64,000 nucleotides of DNA from an archaeon (GCA_035289485.1 DATDXA010000031.1:27807-91806), one strand, 5' to 3'. Numbered from the stretch's first letter, positions 1 through 8,588 are shown. The notes: generated by a model not told the origin, from the letters alone. A program made the numbers and translations.

Positions 1-234
1 GAAAAAGCCGAATGCATAATAGCAGAGCTTGAAAACTCCACAACGCACGCTTTCGTGATGACAGAATTTGCAGGGAGCACGCTGCTCCTTGACCCTGTGC
101 AGAAAGTCGATTTCCGGGAATATTACGCAAACAAAAAAGAAATTCTGGAAAAATATTCATTCGGCGGCTCTAAAATAAAGCGCTTTGCATACCGCTTCAA
201 CCGCGAGAACTACGAGCAATTCCAAAATCAGTGA
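1..234 (+). CDS. 3' end of a hypothetical protein (partial, runs off the window start)
   Basis: Open frame 1 from window edge to TGA at 232-234. No recognisable domain in the 77-aa fragment. Confidence 0.35.
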   Translation, partial: EKAECIIAELENSTTHAFVMTEFAGSTLLLDPVQKVDFREYYANKKEILEKYSFGGSKIKRFAYRFNRENYEQFQNQ

Positions 235-237
235 TTT

Positions 238-1221
238 TTAGAATTCCTCTCTCTCAACCCTGTTGTCCTTGCTGCCATATTTATGGGCAAATTTCTTGAT
301 TCCGTTTTCCGAAAGGAGCGTGTTCTTTGTCCCGAGGTGCATCACTTCAGAGCTCGCATTCGCGGTTCCCCACTTTATTCCCTCTTCCGCTCCCCGCCCC
401 TTCATTATTGCCGCAACAAACCCAGCGCCGAATGAATCCCCCGCCCCTGTCACATCAACTACCGGCACATCATAAGGCCTCATGAAATATGTGCTCTTGC
501 CGTCTGTTGCATGGGCGCCGTGCTTTCCTTGCGTGATTGCTACAAAATCCGCAAACTCGCAGAGCTTCCGCAGGTTGCGGTGCACATCGGCAGAGCCCGT
601 GAGCTTTAGCGCCTCCTCCGAATTCAAAAGCAGCACATCCACGCTTGCGAAAATTTTTTTCAATCCATCGAGCCCGAGCGCGAGCTCTTTTTGTCCCGGG
701 TTAAATGCGATTTTGGCGCCAATTTTTTTCGCGTGCCTTGCAACCTTTGAGAGGAGCTCGGAGTCTGAGTGCATCGAGCTTAGGTAGAACCATTTCGCGG
801 AAAGCTTTTCCGTGTTTATTTTCGCGTGTGAAAGCATAGCCGTGGTGCCGCCATAGTGAAGAATAATCCTGTCCTTTCCCATCCCTGTGAGAATCACGGA
901 GTACGCCGTGTGCGCTCCCTTCATCTTGAGAATATTTTTCACATCAACTTTTTCTTTTTTGAGCACATTCAGGATTTCAGAAGCGCTCTCATCTTCCCCA
1001 ACCGCGCAGAGAATCCCTGCCTTCAATCCAAGATGGGCGAATGCAACAGAAGTGTTCACCGCCCCTCCCCCTGTGAAATAATCAAGCTCATCGATTTCCA
1101 CTTTCGAGCCGGGAGTTAACACGCACTTCTCCCCTGCCATTGAGCCCTTTGGCATGTAAACGAAAACATCCTCAGTAGCTGAGCCGATTGAGATTACATC
1201 AAGTTTTTTGTTTGTTGCCAA
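238..1221 (-). CDS. PfkB/ribokinase-family carbohydrate or nucleoside kinase; candidate ATP-dependent PFK-B given glycolytic neighbours
   Basis: N-terminal Gly-rich substrate motif GGGAVNTSVAF and C-terminal PfkB signature DVTGAGDSFGAGFV. 327 aa. Confidence 0.85.
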   Translation of the reverse strand: MATNKKLDVISIGSATEDVFVYMPKGSMAGEKCVLTPGSKVEIDELDYFTGGGAVNTSVAFAHLGLKAGILCAVGEDESASEILNVLKKEKVDVKNILKMKGAHTAYSVILTGMGKDRIILHYGGTTAMLSHAKINTEKLSAKWFYLSSMHSDSELLSKVARHAKKIGAKIAFNPGQKELALGLDGLKKIFASVDVLLLNSEEALKLTGSADVHRNLRKLCEFADFVAITQGKHGAHATDGKSTYFMRPYDVPVVDVTGAGDSFGAGFVAAIMKGRGAEEGIKWGTANASSEVMHLGTKNTLLSENGIKKFAHKYGSKDNRVEREEF

Positions 1222-1347
1222 AATTGAAAACCGTTTTAATATGCGGTTTTCAGGTTAATTAAACCCTTTGCCGCATTTGCCCGCCTGCCGACCCCTCGCT
1301 TACCTTTAAATTCCTTAAACCCCTAATTCTTTACAATTGCTTTTGAG

Positions 1348-2349
1348 GTGATGCGCTTGGTGAAGGTTGCAATAAACGGTTTTGGCAGGATTGGAAAGCT
1401 GGTTCTGCGCAACGGCATAAAGGAAAAAGGCCTTGAATGGGTCATCAACCACCCAAAAGGCATTGAGAGCGCAATGCAGGCTTTCAAGTACGATTCTGTT
1501 TATGGAAAATACCAAGGTGAAATTTCAATCAGCGGCACGAGCCTAATTATCGATGGGAAAAAAGTCGCCGTGATATCAACAAAGGACGCCCCCGAGAAAC
1601 TTCCATGGAAGCAGATGAAAGTTGATGTTATAGTTGAGAGCACCGGGGTGTTTCGCGGCAAGGATGATGCCGGAGGGCACATAAAGGCCGGCGCAAAAAA
1701 AGTGATCATTTCAGCCCCCGCAAAGGGCGATATTGAAAGCTTTGTAATCGGCGTGAACACGGGAAAACTAAACACTTCAGCAGCGGTAATTGACAATGCC
1801 TCGTGCACAACAAATTGCCTGATGCCCGTTCTAAAAGTTCTCAATGATAAATTCAAAATAAAGCGCGGCTTTATGACAACGATTCATGCATACACAGCAG
1901 ACCAAAACCTTGTCGATGGCGCGCATGATGATCCGCGGCGCGCACGTGCGGCAGGGCTTAATATAATTCCAACCAAAACCGGCGCATCCGAAGCGGCGGC
2001 AAAAGTAATTCCCGCGCTGAAAGGAAAAATTGACGGGAAAGCAATACGCGTTCCTGTGCCTGTGGGTTCGCTTATAGATGTCACATGCGAACTTGAAAAG
2101 AGCACAACCGCGGAGGAAATAAATGCCGAGATGAAAAAGGCTTCAGAGGGTCCGCTCAAGGGGATTTTGGGCTACACAGAAGAGCCAATAGTTTCAAGTG
2201 ACATTATTGGCGATAAGCGCTCTAGCATATTTGATTCCAAGCTCACAAAAGTGATTGGCGGAAACCTAGTGCAGGTAGTTTCGTGGTACGATAACGAAAT
2301 GGGCTACTCGCAGCGCGTTGTTGATTTGGTAAAGCAGCTGAAGATTTGA
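1348..2349 (+). CDS. gap: Glyceraldehyde-3-phosphate dehydrogenase, type I (bacterial/eukaryotic type)
   Basis: NGFGRIGK Rossmann motif, catalytic ASCTTNCL, and WYDNEMGYS near the C-terminus. GTG-ATG tandem start. TATA-like cctttaaat about 45 nt upstream. Confidence 0.9.
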   Translation: MMRLVKVAINGFGRIGKLVLRNGIKEKGLEWVINHPKGIESAMQAFKYDSVYGKYQGEISISGTSLIIDGKKVAVISTKDAPEKLPWKQMKVDVIVESTGVFRGKDDAGGHIKAGAKKVIISAPAKGDIESFVIGVNTGKLNTSAAVIDNASCTTNCLMPVLKVLNDKFKIKRGFMTTIHAYTADQNLVDGAHDDPRRARAAGLNIIPTKTGASEAAAKVIPALKGKIDGKAIRVPVPVGSLIDVTCELEKSTTAEEINAEMKKASEGPLKGILGYTEEPIVSSDIIGDKRSSIFDSKLTKVIGGNLVQVVSWYDNEMGYSQRVVDLVKQLKI

Positions 2350-2371
2350 TTCAAATCAGACTTTAATGTGC

Positions 2372-2734
2372 TCATACTCCCTGCAAGGCATCCAGCCCGC
2401 GATTTTTTCTGGGCGCAGAAATCTTACCGTCAAATCTTTCAGCGGACTTCCACACACGCGGCCAATCAATAAATTTACTGCCCCGCATAACGTTTCCAAC
2501 CAAAAGAGCCGCGTTGCCTTCTCCGATTTTTCCTGCAAGCCTTTCGAACTCTTTATTGTCTGCTCCAGATAACTTTGCCCTTACTTCAGAAACAGAAAAA
2601 GCGCGATCGGGGCGCAGAATTCCTGCTTCCTCTTCATGCAGCTTCATTGCCTGCCTTTTCAACCGCCTATCTTCTCCAAGCAGCCTGTCCCTTTTGTTTT
2701 TTGTAAGTGGCGGCTTTACTCTTACCGGCTTCAT
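2372..2734 (-). CDS. Small basic hypothetical protein (about 121 aa from internal Met). The tracked ORF extends to 2800 and overlaps the PGI 3' end.
   Basis: Lys/Arg-rich N-terminus with no recognisable domain. Sits 5 nt downstream of the PGI stop on the same strand, so possibly co-transcribed. Confidence 0.3.
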   Translation of the reverse strand: MKPVRVKPPLTKNKRDRLLGEDRRLKRQAMKLHEEEAGILRPDRAFSVSEVRAKLSGADNKEFERLAGKIGEGNAALLVGNVMRGSKFIDWPRVWKSAERFDGKISAPRKNRGLDALQGV

Positions 2735-2738
2735 CTGC

Positions 2739-3548
2739 TCACATTTCCCTGTACCTGTCAAACAGACTGGAAAATTCCTGCGGCCTTGCAAGCCATGCAA
2801 ATTTCTTCGGATTCTTCATCGCTTCAGAATAAATAGGCTTTTTAGTGAGTCCGAATTCAGGGAACGCCCGCGGGGCAATTAGTTTCACATGCGGAATTCC
2901 ATGCCCGTATTCTTTGTTTGGCACAAACCCGTGGTGAGTTTCATAATACATTGCGCCGCGCATCTTCTCAATCGGCACGTAATCGGATTCAAACCCCGGG
3001 TACACCCAGTTCGCCATCACAAGGGTTTCGCCCTCGGAGGGGTTCACAGTGATGTGCGCAAATCCGGGAATCATTAGGCATTTGTCCCCCGCCCGTGCAT
3101 CAAAAACCAAGAACTCATCATCCTTTTGCAGAAGGTAGTGCGCGTGCCCGTGCAGCACCTCATACACTTCAGGGTACCACGTATCAGTTCCCGCAACCTT
3201 TGGGTGGTAGTGGCCGAAGGTTTTGTTGAATTCCCCCCCGACACTAAATGGCGGCAAAATTGTAACATCATACCTGAGGTTGTTTTCCATTATTTTTTTC
3301 GCGTCCTTTCGAAGGTGCACATTGCGGTACATATAATAGAATTCAGGCGGCGATTCAACTGCCGGGTTTTTGAGCACGGATTTCATCCTCTCGCGCGTTC
3401 TCACATCCGCCTCGATTTTTCCCATTCCTGCCCCAAAAATGAGCTTTGCACCATCAAGTTTGAGAGGCAGCCCGCTTGCTTTTTTGAGCTCTATAATCGC
3501 CATGAAAGTAACTGGGATGATTAGGAATAAATAGCTTCTCCTCCACAA
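2739..3548 (-). CDS. pgiA: Cupin-type glucose-6-phosphate isomerase (cPGI)
   Basis: Cupin PGI signatures TFGHYH...EVYEVL and IPGFAHITVNPSEGE, matching the TxGHxHx(n)EVY and PPxxAHxxxN motifs of Pyrococcus-type cPGI. True start probably the Met of MAIIELKK around 3503. Confidence 0.75.
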   Translation of the reverse strand: MWRRSYLFLIIPVTFMAIIELKKASGLPLKLDGAKLIFGAGMGKIEADVRTRERMKSVLKNPAVESPPEFYYMYRNVHLRKDAKKIMENNLRYDVTILPPFSVGGEFNKTFGHYHPKVAGTDTWYPEVYEVLHGHAHYLLQKDDEFLVFDARAGDKCLMIPGFAHITVNPSEGETLVMANWVYPGFESDYVPIEKMRGAMYYETHHGFVPNKEYGHGIPHVKLIAPRAFPEFGLTKKPIYSEAMKNPKKFAWLARPQEFSSLFDRYREM

Positions 3549-3560
3549 TCCAATAAATAA

Positions 3561-4814
3561 TTGGCTTGGTGTGATTGGGGGTTTTTGGTTTTGCAGTACA
3601 AAACGGTTTTTGATTACAAATTAAAGGGAAAAACTGTATTCGTGCGCGCCGATTTGAACAGCTCCGTTGTTGAAGGCCGCGTTGTGATTTCCTCGCGCCT
3701 TCGCGAGCATTCAAAAACCATTTACGCGCTAAGTGAAGAAGGCGCAAAAGTCGTTTTGCTTTCACATCAGGGCCGCCCTGGAGAGGACGAATTTATCGAG
3801 CTCAAAAGGCACGCTGACCATATAAGAAAATTCACAGGGAAGCCGCTCAAATTCGTTCGCTGGAGCGAGGATTATGTGGGCGCCATTAAAGCAATGAAAG
3901 AAGGGGATGTGATTTTGCTCGACAACACCCGCTTCCAAAAAGAGGAGCAGGAAGACAAAACCCCGCAAGAGCACGGCAAGGACCCGTTCATCAAAAATTT
4001 GGGGCCTTTGGGGCAGCTTTTTGTTCAGGATTCCCTGAGCGTTTGCCACAGGCCGCACGCAAGCGTTGTGGGTTTCAAAAAGTACATGCCATGCGTTGCA
4101 GGCCCTGTGCTTTCGCATGAATTAGAGGCGCTCTCAAAGCTTGACAAATCCAAAAGAAGCGGAAAGCTCGTGGTTCTCGGAGGATCCAAGCTCTCTGATT
4201 CTGTTGCAATTCTAAAAGGCATGCTTGATAGCGGCATGTGCAATGAGGCATGCATAGGCGGGCTATTTGGCGAGCTGTTTTTGAAAGCGAAAGGAACTGA
4301 TTTTGGGGCAAAAGAAAAGTTCTTCTCGGAAAAAGGCTTTGAAAAGATGCTTCCTGCCGCCAAGGCGCTTTTGCAAAAGCACGGCAAGAAAATAATCCTT
4401 CCAACCGACCTTGCAATCGAGGTTCCTAATGGCGCGGGAAAGAACGGCGCAAGCTCAAAGCGCAAGGAGATAAAAATCTCAGATTTACCAAGCGAATACA
4501 GCCCGCTTGATATCGGCAGCGAAACCACGGAGATTTTCAAAAAGAAAATCAGGCAATCCGAAGTCGTGGTATTCAACGGCCCGATGGGCGTTTACGAGAA
4601 AACCAAGTTCTCTGTTGGCACAAAAAAAGTACTCGAAGCAATCGCATTCCACCGCTGCTTCTCAATTATTGGGGGAGGTGATACCGAGCGAGCGCTCACT
4701 TCATTCGGGCTTGTGCCGCAGGATTTTTCGCATGTCTCGCTTGCCGGAAAAGCACTTTTGCAATATTTGAGCGCGGAGCCGCTTCCCGGCCTTGAGATTT
4801 TGGAAAAAAAATAA
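3561..4814 (+). CDS. pgk: Phosphoglycerate kinase
   Basis: Archaeal PGK-like N-terminus (VFVRADLNSS...LSHQGRPG) and a C-terminal GGGDT-type hinge region. 417 aa. Confidence 0.9.
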   Translation: MAWCDWGFLVLQYKTVFDYKLKGKTVFVRADLNSSVVEGRVVISSRLREHSKTIYALSEEGAKVVLLSHQGRPGEDEFIELKRHADHIRKFTGKPLKFVRWSEDYVGAIKAMKEGDVILLDNTRFQKEEQEDKTPQEHGKDPFIKNLGPLGQLFVQDSLSVCHRPHASVVGFKKYMPCVAGPVLSHELEALSKLDKSKRSGKLVVLGGSKLSDSVAILKGMLDSGMCNEACIGGLFGELFLKAKGTDFGAKEKFFSEKGFEKMLPAAKALLQKHGKKIILPTDLAIEVPNGAGKNGASSKRKEIKISDLPSEYSPLDIGSETTEIFKKKIRQSEVVVFNGPMGVYEKTKFSVGTKKVLEAIAFHRCFSIIGGGDTERALTSFGLVPQDFSHVSLAGKALLQYLSAEPLPGLEILEKK

Positions 4815-4833
4815 TCAGGGCTAGTCACAAAAT

Positions 4834-5976
4834 CTAAACAAGTTCAATTATCTGCTTTGCAATTTCCGCTTTCGTTCCCCCGAGCCACTTTGATTTTTTT
4901 GCGGAGCAAAAATACATCTCCCTCTTTTCAGCTTCGCGTGCATGCGCCCTGAGATCCGTTGCAGCAAGCGCGTGCAGCCCTTTCTTTTTTAAAAATTCCT
5001 TTGCCTCTTTCTCAATTTGCGCTCTGCTCTTGCCCCAAAGCGCCTTGAATGCGACAATTTTTATGTGCGGGAATTTTTTGCGCACGGTTTCTATGAGTTT
5101 TGCGCGTGGCTTCAAATCCAAAGTTACTGTTTTAATTGAATCCATTTTTCCAGGGGTTTTTTTCAATTCAAAATCCGGAATTGCCGCAGGGCAGAAAAAA
5201 TATTCTGCGCCGCGCGCAAGTTCACTTAGAACCTTTTCTTCCAATTCATCCGCAAAATCCGCCCTTTCAAAATCCAGAAATTCAGACCCTACTTTATTTC
5301 CAATTATTTTCACGTTCCCCTTCTGCCTTTTGAGCTCAAGTGCGAGTTCGGTTCCGAGTTCACCCGTGCTGTGGTTTGTAATAACGCGCACATCATCAAT
5401 TTTTTCCTGTATTGCTCCGGAAGCAACAACAATTTTCTTTCCTGCAAATTTATTTCTGGAAAGCGCCCTCTCCACTTCAAAAACAATTTTGCCAATGGAT
5501 GCAAGCTTTGCCTTTCCATCTTCTTCTAGCGGCGCAATCATTCTCACCCCGCGCGTTTCAAGCTTTTTGAGGTTCTCCAAAACAATAGGGTGCTCATACA
5601 TGGGCTTGTGCATTGCAGGCGCCAGCAGAACCGGCTTTCCCGCCCCGATTGCAACAGTTGCCATTGTTGTCACGGGCGTATCATCGATTCCCATTGCTAT
5701 TTTGCTTATCGTGTTTGCTGTTGCGGGCGCAATAAGAAGCAGGCTCGCTTTTCCCTTTTTTCCAAAAAGCTTCACATGCTCAATGTTTCCGGTAAGCTTT
5801 GAAATTACCGATTTTCCGGAAGCAAATTCCATCGATTCTTCGCTTACAAGCTGCCTGCCCCATCCGCTCATAACAACTTGGACTTCAAACCCTTTCCTTC
5901 GCAGTTCGCGGCATAGTTCAAATGAGCGCACCGCAGCAATGCTACCTGTAACGCCAAGAACTATCAGATGTTTCAT
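4834..5976 (-). CDS. coaBC: Bifunctional phosphopantothenoylcysteine decarboxylase / phosphopantothenate-cysteine ligase (CoaBC, Dfp)
   Basis: Flavoprotein N-domain (LGVTGSIAA...APAMHKPMY) followed by a DFP/CoaB domain (ASGAIQEKIDDVRVITNHSTGELG). 380 aa. Confidence 0.85.
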   Translation of the reverse strand: MKHLIVLGVTGSIAAVRSFELCRELRRKGFEVQVVMSGWGRQLVSEESMEFASGKSVISKLTGNIEHVKLFGKKGKASLLLIAPATANTISKIAMGIDDTPVTTMATVAIGAGKPVLLAPAMHKPMYEHPIVLENLKKLETRGVRMIAPLEEDGKAKLASIGKIVFEVERALSRNKFAGKKIVVASGAIQEKIDDVRVITNHSTGELGTELALELKRQKGNVKIIGNKVGSEFLDFERADFADELEEKVLSELARGAEYFFCPAAIPDFELKKTPGKMDSIKTVTLDLKPRAKLIETVRKKFPHIKIVAFKALWGKSRAQIEKEAKEFLKKKGLHALAATDLRAHAREAEKREMYFCSAKKSKWLGGTKAEIAKQIIELV

Positions 5977-6018
5977 AGGTTATTTGCGCGTGGAAAGCGG
6001 TAAAAAAGGGTGTATGCT

Positions 6019-6953
6019 TTAAGTATCGTCCGTTAGTGAACTGCCATCAGTGAAGAAAAACGTAATGCGGAACGTACCCGGTGTTAGTATAGATTTGTTG
6101 CTATAAAGGTCAAAGGTCTGCGCGCCCGAGTTTGCAGGAATCTGCTGCCCATAATCTGAATTCTGCTGGCTGCCATTCTTGCGCACAACAACTGGCCAAG
6201 CCCCATTATTGACTGTTGACCAATAATCGCCTGTGCCATTCAGCCTCACATCAATATGGTCTATCGTCTTGGGGTTTGTCAATGTCAGATTTGCAGTCCA
6301 ATGCCAGTCTGGACCGTCACCGGGCAAAAAATCATTGGCGCTGTTGCCATAATCTTTTGCGAAATCAGCAGAGGCCGAGTCAAGCAAAACACTGAGCGAA
6401 TTGCTTCCGCCACCGGGCGGCGGAGACGAAGGGCAGTTGCTATTTTTCACTTCCACCGCGCCCTTTTCAGTGTAGGTCTTTACAATCTTGGTAGTTGTGC
6501 AGGGGAAACCGGCGCATGAATATGCCTTGACATCATAAATGTCGCAAACCTCGCTTCCGGATAAAGTGCAAGGGATGTCCTTGTGCGTTGTATTGACTGT
6601 CACGTTTTCTGACCACTGGCAATAAATCTGCCCGTACTTCTGGCCCACTATCTCCACTTTGTATTTTGCAACTGCCGCCCCAATATCAACCCCTATTGTA
6701 AAAGTATCTCCAGAGCCGCTCCCCGAACCGCCTCCGGTTGATGTTGCCGTGAACTTCTTGCACGCGGTAGGAGTGGTTATTTTTATCCCATCAGGCGAGG
6801 GTGGAATATTGCTTTTCACCCCATCAAAGTTGCATCCGGTCGTGCTCTGCCCTGTTCCAATCGCATTGAGCGCAATGACCGTTATGATTGCGAGCACCGC
6901 AAGCCCGCCGCCGAGAAGAAGGTATTCGGTTGCGGTCTGGGCGCGTTACATCA
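6019..6953 (-). pseudogene. Pilin-like protein with class III signal peptide, paralog A. The reading frame has TAA at codon 3 (ATG ATG TAA then RAQTATEY...). The tracked ORF restarts at GTG 6897.
   Basis: The reverse complement of 6945-6953 reads ATGATGTAA in frame with RAQTATEYLLLGGGLAVLAIITVIALNAIGTGQ, which is homologous to the N-termini of paralogs B and C. TATA motif about 27 nt upstream. Confidence 0.6.
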
Positions 6954-6976
6954 TAGTGAATAGAATGCCTTCAAGT

Positions 6977-6990
6977 ATATTTTAAGCTTT
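6977..6990 (-). promoter_or_regulatory. BRE/TATA promoter motif (AAAGCTTAAAATAT on gene strand) for pilin-like paralog A
   Basis: Near-identical 13-14 nt motif upstream of all three paralogs. About 25 nt upstream of ATGATG, so consistent with a leaderless transcript. Confidence 0.5.
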
Positions 6991-7009
6991 GCAAACGATT
7001 ATAGTCTGA

Positions 7010-7939
7010 TTACGGATAATGGCATCCCCATATCGCGGTTCCTGCACCCGAGCATGCCCACCACTGTACCCCCGCAGAGGTATACGAATCAAATACATAC
7101 CCTCCATTCGTGCATGTATTAGGGGAACTGCCGCATGCAGGAATCGGCATGCAAGTGCCGCCATAATAATTGTAACCGAATCCGCAACCGCAGCTATTTG
7201 GCGGAACCCAAAATGATGGCGAGGTGCAAGTAACCTTTGCTACACAAGTGCCCGATAAAAATACGAAATTCGGGTTGTCGCATTCGCAAGTGGTGCCGTA
7301 AGAATCAACATGCGCTCCTGCAGGGCATGTAAACGGCGTAACAGGAACCACTGGTGCGGATGTACCGGGGCAGTCGCTGTTTTTCACTTCCACTGCGCCC
7401 TTTTCCATTGAGATTTCCATTGTTTTGTTCTGGGAATCGAATGCATACGCCGCCACATCATATGCGCCGCATGGGGCATCGCCCGGCACATTGCACACAT
7501 ACGAGACCGTGCTGCCATTGGGTTGCGCCACATTAGCAGGGTAGCTGTACCCCCCTGGGTTTTGGTCAGCGCAGAAACTATAGCCTGCGGACTTTTGCGA
7601 ACTCACAATCACGCCGTATCTTTTCACCTTCGAGCCCACATCGAATTTCACCACAAATGAACTACTATACCCAGAGCCGCTTCCGGAGCCTCCTACTCCT
7701 GTCATAATGGCCTTTTTGCATAATGTCGGGCTCGTTATCCTAATCCCATCCGGCGGCACCACAAGGCTGCTTTTTCCGGCATCAAAGTTGCAGTTGGTCA
7801 GGTCCTCTCCAGTTCCTATGGTATTGAGTGCCAGAATAGTAATAATCACAAGGACAGCCACGGCTCCTCCAATTAGCAGCAGGTATTCGGTCGCTGTCTG
7901 AGCACGTTTTTTGGCAAAAAAACCCTTCAATTCTGGCAT
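7010..7939 (-). CDS. Pilin-like protein with class III signal peptide, paralog B, carrying a Cys-rich C-terminal module
   Basis: KKRAQTATEYLLLIGGAVAVLVI (Q at +1, E at +5, hydrophobic helix). Conserved core CNFD...PPDGIRIT...CKK, a GGSGSGSG linker, and EKGAVEVKNSDCP. More than 15 Cys in the last 120 aa. Confidence 0.7.
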   Translation of the reverse strand: MPELKGFFAKKRAQTATEYLLLIGGAVAVLVIITILALNTIGTGEDLTNCNFDAGKSSLVVPPDGIRITSPTLCKKAIMTGVGGSGSGSGYSSSFVVKFDVGSKVKRYGVIVSSQKSAGYSFCADQNPGGYSYPANVAQPNGSTVSYVCNVPGDAPCGAYDVAAYAFDSQNKTMEISMEKGAVEVKNSDCPGTSAPVVPVTPFTCPAGAHVDSYGTTCECDNPNFVFLSGTCVAKVTCTSPSFWVPPNSCGCGFGYNYYGGTCMPIPACGSSPNTCTNGGYVFDSYTSAGVQWWACSGAGTAIWGCHYP

Positions 7940-7960
7940 GCCAATAATAACCGATTCATG

Positions 7961-7973
7961 ATATTTAAGCTTT
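7961..7973 (-). promoter_or_regulatory. BRE/TATA promoter motif (AAAGCTTAAATAT) for paralog B
   Basis: Same motif as upstream of paralogs A and C. 22-34 nt upstream of the start codon. Confidence 0.5.
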
Positions 7974-7991
7974 CTTGGCGCGGATTTATTG

Positions 7992-8528
7992 CTAGCAAAC
8001 GCCGCTGAATTTCACAACGACAGCGCCCTTTTCCGTTGCGGATTCTGACAATTTGTTCGATAAATCATAGGCACTCACAACCACATCATAAGTGCCGCAT
8101 TGTTCGGAGCCATCCGGATAGCAATAATGAGTCACCGAAGTCGCATTCGGTGGCACTGGCTGATTTGACAAATCACAGAAATATGCGCCCGATATCTGCG
8201 ATTTTATTGTCACGCTGTATTTTGAAACTTTCGGCCCGACATCGAATTTTACCGCAAACCAGTCATCTCCTGAACCGCTCCCTGATCCGCTTCCGGATCC
8301 GCCGCTAAATGAGGTCATAATCGCCTTTTTGCACGCTGTAGGGGACGTTATTTTCACCCCATCCGGCGCGACAGGTATGTTGCTTTTCACAGAATCAAAG
8401 TTGCAGCCGGTCTGGGTTTGCCCAGTTCCAATGGTGTTAAGCGCGAGAACGGTTATTATCGCAAGAACTGCCAATGCTCCGCCGAGCAGAAGAAGATATT
8501 CGGTTGCTGTCTGTGCGCGGCTTTCCAT
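7992..8528 (-). CDS. Pilin-like protein with class III signal peptide, paralog C (short form, core domain only)
   Basis: MESRAQTATEYLLLLGGALAVLAIITVLALN, the same conserved core, a (GS)6 linker, and EKGAVVVKFSGVC at the C-terminus. Confidence 0.7.
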   Translation of the reverse strand: MESRAQTATEYLLLLGGALAVLAIITVLALNTIGTGQTQTGCNFDSVKSNIPVAPDGVKITSPTACKKAIMTSFSGGSGSGSGSGSGDDWFAVKFDVGPKVSKYSVTIKSQISGAYFCDLSNQPVPPNATSVTHYCYPDGSEQCGTYDVVVSAYDLSNKLSESATEKGAVVVKFSGVC

Positions 8529-8574
8529 TCAAAAATCCCCTGATGCCAATAGTGTAACCAAATAGCTTATTCCT

Positions 8575-8588
8575 GTTATTTAAGCTTT
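8575..8588 (-). promoter_or_regulatory. BRE/TATA promoter motif (AAAGCTTAAATAAC) for paralog C
   Basis: Same motif, about 50 nt upstream of the start. Confidence 0.45.

Noticed and set aside
1348-1353. Double Met (MM) at the GAPDH start as something unusual
   Set aside because: It is simply GTG followed by ATG. Either could be the initiator, and it has no functional significance.
5030-6022. 330-aa plus-strand ORF antisense to CoaBC, and similar long antisense ORFs (12451-13194, 40732-41355, 58334-58990, 62736-63194 and others)
   Set aside because: Each lies entirely inside a strongly supported gene on the opposite strand. Low-complexity Ser/Ala/Pro/Phe-rich translations are typical of antisense artefacts.
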